Shown: positions 12,241-25,573, counted from the first letter of the whole stretch. The stretch is 55,426 bases of DNA, filler included, from Squatina squatina (GCA_031763465.1; 3 parts of 3 records of this genome joined end to end with filler, not necessarily neighbours in it), one strand, 5' to 3'. Translations and numbers: made by a program. The notes: generated from the sequence alone by a model not told the origin.

Positions 12241-14952
12241 TTTNNNNNNNNNNNNNNNNNNNNNNNNNNNNNNNNNNNNNNNNNNNNNNNNNNNNNNNNN
12301 NNNNNNNNNNNNNNNNNNNNNNNNNNNNNNNNNNNNNNNNNNNATGTTAATCCAGTTACACCAATCGTAAAATAACACTAATCAGAAAATCTAAGCCACA
12401 GCACTGTGTACTAGTGGCCTGCCTACATCAGCCTGCTAAAATGAGCTTTCAGGCAAAACCACTGCCTCCTGTCATCAAGGCAGCAGAGAAGACATTTATT
12501 CCAACAGGTTTGTGAATTAGCTGAGATGGCACAAATGGGACTTAGAAGTAAGTTAATTTATTGTGGGCAGATTCAAAGGGATGTTCAGCATGGGTGAAGT
12601 TATAAGGGGCTGGGATCTGGGTGGAGTTATAGTAGGTTCTCAGGGTTGTAACTATAACTAAATACAGGGGTCCATTGATACAGTCATTCACAATACATAA
12701 GAGTAGCTACCCTGAATGAGCTCATATCGGCCTTGTGCCAGACTACAAATAATGATTTCATTAGAACTCATCTGAGACTGGTAATTTAAAACAAAAAGAA
12801 AAATTGAAATTTTGATGGCGAAGGAAAAAGGCTTTAAAATGACAGTTCTAGCTGTGGTGCCAGGACTGTCATTTCATTATTATAAGCCATAACATAGTGT
12901 ACTGAAAGCACCTTCAGGAGAACTCTAATTCAGATGATTATTTNNNNNNNNNNNNNNNNNNNNNNNNNNNNNNNNNNNNNNNNNNNNNNNNNNNNNNNNN
13001 NNNNNNNNNNNNNNNNNNNNNNNNNNNNNNNNNNNNNNNNNNNNNNNNNNNNNNNNNNNNNNNNNNNNNNNNNNNNNNNNNNNNNNNNNNNNNNNNNNNN
13101 NNNNNNNNNNNNNNNNNNNNNNNNNNNNNNNNNNNNNNNNNNNNNNNNNNNNNNNNNNNNNNNNNNNNNNNNNNNNNNNNNNNNNNNNNNNNNNTATTGT
13201 AACCAATAAAGGCATTCATGCTGGGTTCATTTTCAAACTTTTGTCCCCGGAATACTCCAGGGTCACCATGTCAGGGGCGGAGAGTTTTAATTATTTTCCA
13301 CTGCTCAGAAGACTCCTTGGGCTTGCTAGCTTGATAGTACTTTAACTCCTTTTTCAATACCAAAAAGTACATGGAAAATTACTTCATTTTATGCAAGGGA
13401 TTTTTTTTCTCATCCTCTTTCAAAATTAACAAGCATCTAGTTTATTCACCCATGGATCAATGAGCTGAATACCGTTACAATTGTCCTTTTCCTCTTTTCT
13501 CTTTCTTCCCCTAAGTGAGGAGGCTGTATTGTCTGAGAGGATCTTTCCAATGACAACTTTACACAGTGGATTAAAGGCGGAAACTAGCCCCAAGGGTCAT
13601 ACAGCTGTGACTCTCTTCTCTCTCCTCCTCTATTGTTCTCTTGAGATGTGATCTGCCAAACAAACAAGCAGCGAGTCACTGGCAGCCCTCTGCCTACAGT
13701 CACTTTGCTTTCNNNNNNNNNNNNNNNNNNNNNNNNNNNNNNNNNNNNNNNNNNNNNNNNNNNNNNNNNNNNNNNNNNNNNNNNNNNNNNNNNNNNNNNN
13801 NNNNNNNNNNNNGGGTAGATGCCCTTCACCAGAAGCGGTCCCTTCCTTCTCCATGCTGGCCGTGCCAGCTGGAACAGCTGTTTCTCTTCCAGGTGTGGAC
13901 GGAGCAGCCGTGCACGTCCAGGATTTTCTAGTGCTCTGTCAATCCCACAGCGTCCATGTCGCCAATCATCTCTTCTCAGGCGCTTGACCCAGCTTGGCCA
14001 CGAACTGCCAGGTGCAAGGTTTCGGTTCCCGTTGGCTACGTCAGCTGTAAATTGTGCTGGTGTTTTTCATGCTGGATTTTGAAAGTTCATCTCCCTCTCA
14101 ATGCACCTTCTGTGAACCTTGGTCTGCCTGACGCAGACCTCTCTCTATAGCAGCTGCAATATGTCTTCAGCTGAAAAACAGCATCGATTTTTTTTTCTCT
14201 CCAAAGCACTGATGAATTTACAGTTGAGGCTTTGTGAACTGCTGCATTGTCTGGGGCTGGTCCAACTGGTTTGTGATTTGATCTGCTTGCCTGCACGAAA
14301 GAGCCACTGTTTAACAGTGTATATGTGTGTGTCCTCTGTCTGCTCTTTCCCAGATCACTCAGGTAAGATGCCTTTTTTTGTTGCAGGTGTCCCTAAATGC
14401 ACGTTGCTGACTTGGTCAGGAATACAGTAGAATTGTTCTAATACATGCAACAGGTGACTGAATATTGGCAAATTTCCTAAAGCTGCAATGGTCATAGTAA
14501 ATAGAGCAAGTTCCAGTCAGCGGTACCCTTTCAAAGTTTAAGTCAGTACATTTTTTGGGAGGTGGGGGGCAGGGGGAAGGGGAACAGCATTTCTGCCTTT
14601 GATTGTTGCTTTGGCATTTCTAGATATTGTGGTTCTGAACAAGATAAGTACGGTTCCCCAGTTGAGCTGCAATAAAACTACTTTGTATTTTTGTTGTATT
14701 TCAGAAAAGTGTTCATGAATATTAGTTTTTAAAAAAAAATGATATTGGTTCATGCTGTGTGAATTATATTACAATATTATAAATGGTCATTTGCAATATA
14801 ATTTACATTCATAGGCATGGCTTGCTATTTAAATATTACACCATTTTAGAACGTTGACCCCTTTTTATCAAATTAAGGGCATACATCGTATTTTGAATGG
14901 GCTATGCAGCTTCTTAAAGGGGTCACACACCCAAAAAAATTAAGGGGAAAGT

Positions 14953-15186
14953 TGTGAGGGAGTGCTGCACAGTCGGAGGTGCTGTCTTTCAGGTGACATG
15001 TTAAACTGAGACCCTGTCTGTGCTCTCAGGTAGACGTAAAAGATCTCATGGCACTATTTTGAAGAAGAGCAGGAGAGTTATCCCTGGTGTCCTGGCCAAT
15101 ATTTATCCATCCATCAATCAACATCACAAAAGCAGATTATCTGGTTATTACCACATTGCCGTTTGTGGGAGCTTGCTGTGCGCAAA
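14953..15186 (+). mobile_element. Deu-domain SINE (SacSINE1/AmnSINE1 superfamily)
   Basis: ggaggtgctgtctttcaggtgacatgttaaactgag...aagatctcatggcactattt...cctggtgtcctggccaat matches the recalled Deu-domain core. Confidence 0.7.
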
Positions 15187-15286
15187 NNNNNNNNNNNNNN
15201 NNNNNNNNNNNNNNNNNNNNNNNNNNNNNNNNNNNNNNNNNNNNNNNNNNNNNNNNNNNNNNNNNNNNNNNNNNNNNNNNNNNNNN

Positions 15287-16175
15287 TTCTTTCAAAAAAC
15301 TGAAGTCCTCAGTTTTTCAAGGAATTCAAGCCAGAGAAAACTCTGAGGTTATAAATGTGGAAAATTTTGAAAATGTGCAAAAACATGTGCCAAATGGCCA
15401 TGCTGTGCACATGCAGAACAGGTATTAATACACGGGCACTTTACAGGATTTGTGTAGCTCTGTGGAGGACTTTGCTTCAGATTGCTCAGAAACAGAAGAT
15501 GTTGATGAAGCCTTTTTGCGCCACACCCACCGATCACGGAGCATTAGACGTGCTTACAGGGTTGGACGGATAAATTTATTGGATTGTGATAAATCCCCAA
15601 TTCAAGAGGACTCGACCAGGGTTGTGTCCCTTGGAGCCCAAGAATCAAACATTGGTTCAATAGTAACCAACTGTGAAAACCACAAAGCTATCTACCGGAG
15701 AAGCAAAAGCACTGACAATTTAAGCTTTTTCAAGAAAAGTTCATTTAAAAGGAAATCAACCTCCAACCTCACAGAGTTAAAAGTAACCAATGAAAATGAA
15801 AGACTACAACGGACAGTAAGTGCTTCATCAGCAGACTCTGAAAAAGTCAATGGCAATTCTGAAAGGCAATCTAAACGCTGGAGGAGCCTGATCAGAGCTA
15901 AAGATTTTGACCGAATGCTAAGGTTAGTGAATAACGTTGCAGATGTTGCAAGGAGGAGAGAGAGCCCATCAAAGGAAAATTCACCTTTACATGAACACAG
16001 AAACGGAGCTCGGCCTAACAGCAGACTACATGATGATTATTCTCGAAGAGTTTCTACCGGTGCTGACACTGAAAGACACAGATTAGCCTCACCCAACTGG
16101 AACCAATCAACGTCCTATCCTGCAACCCCCAGCCCATTCACCCTCACAAACACTCAGACTGTTACTATGCACCTG
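15287..16175 (+). CDS. SPATA13: SPATA13/Asef2 long-isoform large N-terminal exon (both ends in gaps; in-frame TAA at 15426-15428)
   Basis: SFKKLKSSV.QGIQ, THRSRSIRRAY, YRRSKSTDNLSFFKKSSFKRKSTSNL, KRWRSLIRAKDFDR, SRLHDDYSRRVS match the recalled SPATA13 long isoform. Confidence 0.88.
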
Positions 16176-16653
16176 NNNNNNNNNNNNNNNNNNNNNNNNN
16201 NNNNNNNNNNNNNNNNNNNNNNNNNNNNNNNNNNNNNNNNNNNNNNNNNNNNNNNNNNNNNNNNNNNNNNNNNNNAGTACACAGTTGGCTTGGGTCTGCC
16301 TGTATTGGCTCTAGTCTGCCTGCAACGCATGTCATCAACATTTTTAAATTACCAGATTTTAAAAGCTATTCAAAATCAGCAATGTTATATCTGTGCGCCG
16401 AAGCAGATTTAGACGATATGTGGTGGATCCTGTGATGCACATTTTCTCAGATCTGTAAATCTTAGTCTTTTTTTTTTGTGCAAGTGTCTGTCCTTGCATA
16501 TATCAGCAGTTGGACACTGATATGTTTGTACAACCAAAAATATTGTTTTTAAATTGCTATTGTTACGCTGATGTGTGGACAATCTAGAGTTTATAACTCT
16601 AGGAAGATGTAATGCTAATAAAGTTGATGACACTCAGTGTTCACATTTGAAAG

Positions 16654-17028
16654 GTTTCTTCTGAAGACCAGTGGAGGAAACCGTTACCTTCCCAGGAAGA
16701 AGAAAAGACAGATACAAAAAAGGTTGGACAAAGAAGGTGGAACTCCGGGAAAGGCAGGCAGCGACAACGACCCCTTTCAGACTATGGTCAGTTTGCTAGC
16801 AGGAAGTTCTCTATCCCGGAGAATGGTGTTCCTATTCAACCTCAAGAAATGGACCTTGCCGAGAATGAAGACACAATTGAGGCCTCTCGTGTTGATTCCC
16901 AGTCACAGAAATGTGCCACTGTTCAGCACCATAGACACCGAAAAAGAAGACCAATCTCTGTAATTGGTGGGGTCAGTATCTATGGGACTAATCAGTCTGA
17001 GGAAATGGAAGACCTTCTTACAGTACAA
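16654..17028 (+). CDS. SPATA13: SPATA13 exon preceding the APC-binding region
   Basis: tttgaaag acceptor and gtaaga donor; ..RRWNSG..RPLSDYGQFASRKFSIPE..RKRRPISVIGGVSIYGTNQSEEMEDLLTVQ. Confidence 0.9.
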
Positions 17029-17373
17029 GTAAGATGACTCTCTTATGCTACCTCATCTGCACCAAAATCAAACTTTTCTTCTTTGCCTGCCTCTTCACTT
17101 TATCTTTGGTTGAAAATTTTGCTTCCATTCAAGAGGCTGTAGTATGGAATGTGGGCTATTTTCTGTCCCCCTTCACTCTAATTCAGTCATTAGTGTACTT
17201 GCAAATACTCTTCCCCCTTTAGTACATTTTTTTGCCAATAATAGCTTGCCTAAATATATTTGCTTTTCTGAGANNNNNNNNNNNNNNNNNNNNNNNNNNN
17301 NNNNNNNNNNNNNNNNNNNNNNNNNNNNNNNNNNNNNNNNNNNNNNNNNNNNNNNNNNNNNNNNNNNNNNNNN

Positions 17374-17468
17374 GAGAAGTCATCCGAGTACTTGATGCCT
17401 CCAACAAGGAATGGTGGTGGGGCATGATTGACGACAAGGAAGCCTGGTTTCCTGCCAGCTTTGTTCGA
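17374..17468 (+). CDS. SPATA13: SPATA13 SH3-domain exon (5' end in gap)
   Basis: [31 protein letters not shown] followed by a gtatgt donor. Confidence 0.9.
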
Positions 17469-19412
17469 GTATGTTTTTCAGTAGTGTATGAAGATGGATT
17501 AACTTTCTCAGACAAGTTGACAATTTTATTTGCGAAACCTTACTTTTAACTTGAGATGAAGTCTCACTTCCTTCCACTCCCCAACCCATTTCCTGGTCCC
17601 TCTGAAATATACATACACTGGTTGAGAGGGTAAGTGAGCAACTTCTTCCTTTGCCACTCTGATCCAATTGCAGGCACACACATGATTTGTTGCAGTTTGC
17701 ATTTAGGGTGAAAGCCTAGCACTTTGCAGCTCTTGCACTTTCCCGCTGCAGCATGGCTAAGATCAAGAACTTCATTGTAGGAGATCATGGATACAAACCC
17801 ATATCCCACTAATCCATGCCACAGTGTGTTGATGACTTTTAGTTATAAGCAAAGTTTTAGTTGAATAATATTTCCTTTGTGATACATAATTTCCCATCAT
17901 TCAATCACAGTTATCTTCACTTTAACAGTCAATTGTGTGAAGCTTATTATTAAAAAGCAGAATAGCGTAAAATGTTATTTACAGTTTAACCATTAAATTA
18001 TTTAAACTAAATTCAACCTTTCTGTACATGTAGTCCATGGGGTTTTGCTCAATAGGAATGCAGATTGGCTAATCGGGTATGGAAGTCAATGTGCCCAACT
18101 TGTGACACACCAAATTTTTCAACTATTGATGCAGGAGTAGATTTCACAATTTTGGTTTTGTCTTGTGCTAAACAGTACGTGTCCAGCAAAATTACAAGTA
18201 GAAGATGGAAATTGAACTCTGCATGTGTGACCACATGATGAATAGGATATGTACCAGAAGTGACAATAGGAACACTAAATTAAGTCTTCTTTAAATAACT
18301 GTTGTTCTCTGAAAACATTTTCAATACGGAACAGTATATTACAATAGTTTGCTAATAGAATGAATTCTGTAGTCTCAGTTACTCATTGAATACCTTCTAT
18401 TTGTCCTACATTTCTGTTCTTAGACTAATCACCAATATGGTATCTCCACTCATGNNNNNNNNNNNNNNNNNNNNNNNNNNNNNNNNNNNNNNNNNNNNNN
18501 NNNNNNNNNNNNNNNNNNNNNNNNNNNNNNNNNNNNNNNNNNNNNNNNNNNNNNTATTATGCAAGTTATGGTGGTTCTTGATCAACCACTAAATGATGTA
18601 GCACTGCTACCGTGAAGTATTAGTGCTCTGTTTCACACTCCACACAGGGAAGTTTCCTGATTTTACAAATAAAGTTCCACTAACCAGCAACACGGGCATA
18701 CGCAGTAGGTCTTTATTTTCTGAGGGAATCCACCATTTTAAAAATGGCAATTACAGCTATAGCACAAATGGAAACAATTGGTGGTGCTGCATTTGCATTT
18801 GTTTTATGCCAGTTTTTACTTTGGGGCACAGGCAAATGAGCTCCGTAAGAAATGTTGCTGTAAGTTCCCGTCGGAATGATCGCCGCAGAAAAAGGCGTAA
18901 ATATTGGTAATTTCTGCGTAAGTCGGATGCAACAAATTCTGGAACCATCGTACTTACTGATATAAATTCCCACAGTTGGTAAGATCACATCTCCAAGTGA
19001 TTATGTTAGTACTATCAATTGTTAATTGCTACATAAAGTGTAAATGTGAGTTAGCTTTACACAAACAAGCACACTTCATGTTCCATACGTTTTAAGTGCA
19101 ATGCATACAGAATGTGCAATACTTGTCTTTGGGTTTTTATTTAAGAAATTCTTGAAATCTGTCTTCAAGTTTCTTTACAAATTGTTTCCCTTGGTTGCTT
19201 TTCTCTTCTCATTCTCTATACTTCTAATAAATATTTCAAATTCAGTTTGGCGAAACTAATTTTGTTATAACAGAGTAACTTTCCACCCAACTGGATTGAT
19301 TTATTGCTGGACCTCTGGTTGTAAATTGTATTTAATTGAAATCCATGAACCTCTGCTAAAGCAACAGCTGAACAGTGACAGAGATTAACCAAATCTTATT
19401 GCCATTCCACAG

Positions 19413-19542
19413 TGATTACAAAAACATCAGTGCTGCATACGAGGCCATGAAAAATGTAGCACGTCTGATTAACGAACGCAAAAGACGATTAGAAAGTATA
19501 GACAAGATCGCTCAGTGGCAAGTGTCCATTGTAAATTGGGAG
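19413..19542 (+). CDS. SPATA13: SPATA13 exon, end of DH (RhoGEF) domain
   Basis: ccacag acceptor and gtgcgt donor; [43 protein letters not shown]. Confidence 0.92.
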
Positions 19543-20665
19543 GTGCGTTTTTCATTTCTGACCTGTAATTAGACCTGTTTTGCTTTATCTAAATCTTTGA
19601 CATTTCTATTAGTTTGATGTATTCAACTTGGTCTGAGTAGGAATGATTTATTTTCCACTTTTAATCGCGCATGTGCGGATGCCAGAAGTTGCTATCCGAT
19701 TTACTCCTTAACGGTGGGCGCTGGTAGATTCACAGTTACTTGACTGCAAAACTTGGGCTTGTGTGTTTGCTCTTCATGTTACCATAGCCTATCAATTAGG
19801 CTCTTTTCTGCATATTTAAAGCAGTAGCTAGTTGTGCAAACAGTGGTTGGCAGGAGAGGAGGAGAAAGAAAGGGCATCAAGACGCATACAGAAGGAGATT
19901 CCAGAATGAACACTGCTGTTTTGGCAAGCGAGGTCGCTCAGCAACTAAGCACTGAGAGTTGGTGTTATTTACATCAAAACCTCATCGAAGTGCATTGCCC
20001 TAGAAAAGGTGGTGGGGCAAGTATCTCTGTTACAATCTTGTATAGTACATATACAGATTCTCTGTTTCTCTTTGTCTGCACTACGCCACCCAGGGATGTA
20101 AAAATGCAGTGCTGGAGTAGACTGTCTGACGGTTCCAGTGTCAAACCTAAAAATACATCAACATTAGCACAGAGTTTGTGCCTTTTCATCAAGCAAGGAA
20201 ACTCTATTCCCAAACCATTGCAATGTTTCATAGTACTGTGACACTTGGACACCTTGGCTCAACACGAACATTGTAGATTTATTAAAATCAAGATTGAGAA
20301 GTTAATATAGACAGACTTGGATTAACATAAATGACTTTAATGGGAATCTCTCTGACAGGAAAGGAATGGCACTTGTGGAAGTAACTAAAATTCTACAAAT
20401 GTGAGTGAAAAACCTGCTCAGTTAGTGCATTGAAATCCTGCAGTACCTGATTACTACCAGTAGAGTGAGCCTTATTAGCTCATTGAAAGCCTCAGGTGGC
20501 CTCAACCAGTACTACAATTTTGAAATAAATGCACTGAAGACTTCATTGTTTGAAAAGTGTCAAATCCTGACCTCCTGCTTACTCATCTTTCTATGTTGAA
20601 CGGATAACTCATTATGTTGTTGGAATGGCTTTATATATCAAGTCATTTATCTGTATATTTTTCAG

Positions 20666-21038
20666 GGGCAAGATGTTTTAACAAGGAGTTCAGAATTGAT
20701 CCACTCTGGAGAGTTGACCAAAATCTCATGCCAAGGAAAGAGCCAGCAGAGGACTTTTTTCCTGTTTGACCATCAATTGTTCTTCTGTAAAAAGGATTTG
20801 TTGAGACGAGATATGTTGTATTACAAAGGCTACATTGACATGGATGAGATAAAAGCCCTGGACATAGAGGATGGTAAAGATACGGATTTTACCATTAATG
20901 TAAAAAATGCCTTCAAACTGAGAAGTAAAACAACAGAGGAAGTCTACCTATTTTGTGCCAAAAAGCCAGAAGACAAACAGCGATGGCTGCAAGCATGTAT
21001 AGACGAAAGAAAAAGGGTAGAAGACGACAAAGAAATGG
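20666..21038 (+). CDS. SPATA13: SPATA13 PH-domain exon
   Basis: ttttcag acceptor and gtaagt donor; [55 protein letters not shown]. Confidence 0.93.
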
Positions 21039-21261
21039 GTAAGTTTGATTTCTGAACATTGCTTAAGAATAAATAGGTGCAGCAATTGATTTCCGACATT
21101 CCTGAGAGACCAGCCGTTATTCAAGNNNNNNNNNNNNNNNNNNNNNNNNNNNNNNNNNNNNNNNNNNNNNNNNNNNNNNNNNNNNNNNNNNNNNNNNNNN
21201 NNNNNNNNNNNNNNNNNNNNNNNNNAACAATTAACTTTCTTTTGCATTAATCTTTTTTCAG

Positions 21262-21336
21262 GATTTGAAATTTCAGAAAACCAGAAGAAACAAGCTATGT
21301 TAAATGCCAAAAAATCCAGGCATGGAAAGATTAAGG
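21262..21336 (+). CDS. SPATA13: SPATA13 penultimate coding exon
   Basis: ttttttcag acceptor and gtaagt donor; (G)FEISENQKKQAMLNAKKSRHGKIK; phases compatible with flanking exons. Confidence 0.9.
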
Positions 21337-22603
21337 GTAAGTAAGGCGATATAGATATTCTGAAAGCTCACTAAGTTTTAGGAACTGTGGTTTCCATTGT
21401 GTAATACAGTAAAATGTTAAGACTTTTTAAAAAAAAAAAAAGGATAATAAGTATCTCGGACTAGTTTTGATTTCCTATGCATGTCAGAGAGGAATATACT
21501 TTTTTTATCCTCCTCATTTGGTTTTTATCTTTTTTTTTACTTCTCCTGAGATTACATGGTGGGTGGGGAGTGTACTTATTGTGACTCATAACATTACAAC
21601 CAGTGATGGATGAACCAGTAGCTTATTTCCTGCCTGTCATCTTCATATATTCGCAGTATATAGGATTTGGCAAACTGCAGCTTATCCATAGCAGCAAAAA
21701 TGGTATTAATTTTCCACTGCGTAACATGTTCAGATAAATGTGATAATACACGGAATGTTATATTTTGAAAGAAAGCACTAGTTTTATGTTGTTTGAGTTA
21801 AAATGTAATAAAACCCTAGCAAGTAACTTTTGTTAATATCTCAAAGTAAGGAGCATAATGTGACCTGAAGCCCTGTACATTTTTAGGGGGTGGGGAGGTG
21901 GAGAATGGTCGCGGCCAGTACTTTGCAGTAACTGAATAAATCAAATTCCTTTTTTACTACATAGGATTCCAGGATGTTCCCATGAAAATGAAAACCATTG
22001 TGATATCATGAGATCATGTTTGGTTCTGCAAAGTCACCAGTGTCTTTTCAATAGATATAATAATATGTCAGAATGCCTATTTGTGGCATGAATATATAAT
22101 ACAGATCAATGAGATATTGAGCTAATTCTACTCAAGGAAGATGTTATGGCAACTTATGACTTTGTCACTTGCTTACTGCATGTTCTCTATATATTCACAG
22201 GCTAAATTAGAAAAGTAAGCTGAAGCTTTGGGCTAATGCTTTGGACACTCTTTGGCAGTTCAGAATTCTTCACTTTGGTTGGAATGGGGTAGGAAGACAG
22301 AGGAAATCCTATTCTCTCTGACATGATGTAGAAGTAGAATAGCTTTGGCAATGGTGGTCACTAAACAAAGCACAGCTCTGTTCACAACACTATTCTAGTT
22401 GAAATGAATGACCTTGATGCAGAAGTAAGGTGACCAAAAGCACACTAACACAGAGGGAGTCTGAATGAGAGTCGATTGTCAGTGTATGCATGAGTGCAAT
22501 TATAGTAACTACATACTTTTCTTGATGCTCATTAGATGATGAGTCTGATGGTAAATGGTTAATTAATAGCAATATATGATTCTCTGTATTTTTACTGTTG
22601 TAG

Positions 22604-22785
22604 GGGTGAATTATAGTGGATTTTCTATTCCTCCTCCGCATCAGTCTCTTCATCCAATCCACCAACGACACATCACTGTGCCGACCAGCATTCCTCAGCA
22701 ACAAGTTTTTGCATTGGCTGAACCCAAACGCAAACCATCTCCCTTCTGGCACAGCTTTACCAAGTTGACCCCCTTTAAAAAATGA
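22604..22785 (+). CDS. SPATA13: SPATA13 terminal coding exon
   Basis: ttgtag acceptor; [54 protein letters not shown]. Confidence 0.93.
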
Positions 22786-24349
22786 AAAGACATATGGTTA
22801 CAATAAGAAAATAAAACTAAACCAATCACTGTGGATCAAGAATTCTAGGAAAACATCCAGCTTTGAGAGGAGTTGAACAGTAAAGAGCCATCAGTTATGA
22901 ATGTTACATTGTGCTTCGACTCCCCATATAGTTCAGTTGAGGCCTTTCTGACAACTAAATCGGCCAGATAATGAAGATGATTAGAACTGAGAGGCAAGCA
23001 GTTACAAAAAAACTTCAGTTTCAAAACGTACTCTGGTGAATTCATAAGATATTTTCACAGGTTATTTTGCAGATGATAAGTACATTATTTCCAATAAATA
23101 TGAAAGACAATTATTGAGAACAGTTGCCAGTATTTTATCAAGTTGGGTCTCTTCATTCCTTTCTGTACATTTGTATAAGATAATTTAGTTAATCATTTAC
23201 CACATTGTTTGCCTTGATATTTTATGGAACAGTGACAGAAATAAAATTTGCCATATACCCAATTAAGGCAAATCACAAGTCTGGTTCTGTTGCATAGTTG
23301 TTCAAAGAAGCACACTATTACAATGTGATGATACTGGTTGTTACATAGACATTTTAAGCAAGCAAATGTTTGAAATCTAAAATGCAAAAAGCACATTGCA
23401 CATTTGTGGTTAGAATTATAAGGAGATCCATATTAATATGAAAAGATAGTTAAATGTTTTTGTATAATAGTGTCTGATATGAGCTTTAAATGCAGATAAC
23501 TGAAGATGAATTCCTTCATAGAAACAGAAACACCATCTTATGCTCACAGGGAAATCAAACTGTTTCTGTCTCATCAGTATTTTAACCTTTCAAGGCCTTA
23601 AAATTCCTTGTTTACTTGGAATAGAACAGCACAATAGGACTTTTCTCTCTCTCTGTCTGCCTGTNNNNNNNTCTGCGTGTGGCAGTAAGTCAACAGTATC
23701 GATGGAGACTAAATTTAATTCTCACCATTCCAAATGAAGACTACCAAAACAAACATACAGGACTCAGTACTTTGTTTTTATTTTGCTGATCATGGCATGA
23801 ACTTTTAGCGCCAAAACTAAACTACTGTGTCACCAATTCTACCCAGAATGTGTCTTGGTGAATACAATAATCAGCTATGGAATTGCTTCATGCTGCAGGA
23901 ATGGCATACAGCCCTAGATTAGCATGAAGTCTTGAGCTATGGCTAATTTATCAGAATTGTGTGGGTTTTTTTGCATCTGTTTTATAAAGTCTTGCCTTTA
24001 AAATGTACTGTAAAAATAGCAGCACTCTTTGTTTTGTCACTGTTGGCAAATTTGTTGTATGAAGGATGTCTTAAAAATCTAATGGCATTTAAAAATTTGT
24101 ATTTATAACCAAAACATTTTGGAAACCAATACCTTTTAAGTTACAAAGGAAACGAGTTGTTGGGGAAATATTGTTACTGGCAAACTGCAGTGCAGGTTTT
24201 GTGAACCAAAGGACATTAGCCATAGTAACTACTTATTACTGACTATTGTNNNNNNNNNNNNNNNNNNNNNNNNNNNNNNNNNNNNNNNNNNNNNNNNNNN
24301 NNNNNNNNNNNNNNNNNNNNNNNNNNNNNNNNNNNNNNNNNNNNNNNNN

Positions 24350-25232
24350 CTCATCCTTTATTATCAGGGCTACCCCACCTCCTTTTCCATTTTGCCTATC
24401 TTTTCTAAAAGTCAAATACCCGGGAATATTGTGGGGGACCAATTGGAGTGGCCCAAAACAGACCACAGCATTCACGGCCCCACAGTCAGGAGTACGCCAC
24501 GCCGGCAGCGAGGCATGGGGGTGTGGCCTTAGTGACCATTCCGGGTCAGCGTAACATGGCAATGCGAAACGTGGAGGGGTCGGTGAGTGATCTTATGACA
24601 TTGCGCGTCTGACCCCGGCGCCAATGGCGCCCTGGCGACAAGGCCTAAGCGCAGGCGGGGGGCCCAAGCTCAATACTCAAAATGAGCATTTAAAAAAATT
24701 ACGTTGCTTTCACGCCCTGGTAGCACCTCTGATCAGTGCTACCCGGGCATGAAGGCACAACAATTGGGACCCCTTAGTTCCCAACTTTGGTCACCCTGCA
24801 ACCATGTCTCAGTGGTGGCTACTTGATCAAACCCATTTATCTCTATTTGTGCCACTAATTCATCTATCTTGTTATGAATGCTTCATGCATTCAGATATAG
24901 TGCCTTTAATTTTAACTTTTTAACTATTTTTCCCTGATGTGCCCTTAGTTGCTAAATCCCTATTACTGTTATTAAACTCTCTGACCCTTCCTGACACAAG
25001 CTGTTTAATTTTAAGCAAAGTGCTACTCTGCTCTGCTCTGCAGCCTTGACCAGAACCCCCATCCACCTTTTTAATTTAATGCCCTATCTACCACCCTAGT
25101 TATTCGGTTCACCCGGACACTGGTCCCTGTCCGGTTTAAGTGCAGTCCGTCCCAATGGAACAGTCCCTCTTTGCCCAGTGCCCCATGAATTGAAATCTCT
25201 GTCTTCCACACCACTCTTTTAGCCATGCGTTT
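24350..25232 (-). mobile_element. CR1 LINE fragment (ORF1 esterase end plus ORF2 endonuclease start) interrupted by a MITE
   Basis: NAWLKEWC..DGLHLNRTGT (ORF1), then LKALYLNA*SIHNKIDEL..TETWLQGDQSWEL | NIPGYLTFRKDRQNGKGGGVALIIKDE. Confidence 0.85.
24433..24773. mobile_element. GC-rich MITE nested in CR1
   Basis: Ends gggggaccaattg / caattgggacccc form an 11/13 inverted repeat; removing the element rejoins the CR1 peptide at WEL|NIPGY. Confidence 0.7.
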
Positions 25233-25573
25233 NNNNNNNNNNNNNNNNNNNNNNNNNNNNNNNNNNNNNNNNNNNNNNNNNNNNNNNNNNNNNNNNNNNN
25301 NNNNNNNNNNNNNNNNNNNNNNNNNNNNNNNNCAATGTTGAACATAGCAGTAAGAAAAGACAGAATAAGTGCATGCACCACACAGGCCAAATTCTGGAAT
25401 TATTATTGCATGAGACACACACTTCAGACAGTGTATAATCAGTTCAAATCTCAGGTTTGATTAATCCCATAATTTAGAAGTCAAATCTCTATTGGTCAGC
25501 ACTTCTCCAACCTATAACTTTAATGATAGTTGTTTCTTTCTGGTAACTGTGCAGTAACCAGTCTCAATCTTAC

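Noticed and set aside
12626-12660. TAACTATAAC resembling the start of the LSU rRNA / I-CeuI site, inside a small hairpin
   Set aside because: Only 10 bp match, with no rRNA context.
13813-14368. Moderately GC-rich block ending in cag|gtaaga, a possible SPATA13 non-coding first exon
   Set aside because: Plausible, but supported only by one donor-like site; no recognisable peptide.
15422-15446. GT...AG pair flanking the SPATA13 in-frame stop as a possible micro-intron
   Set aside because: 25 nt is far below the vertebrate minimum intron size, and removing it would shift the frame.
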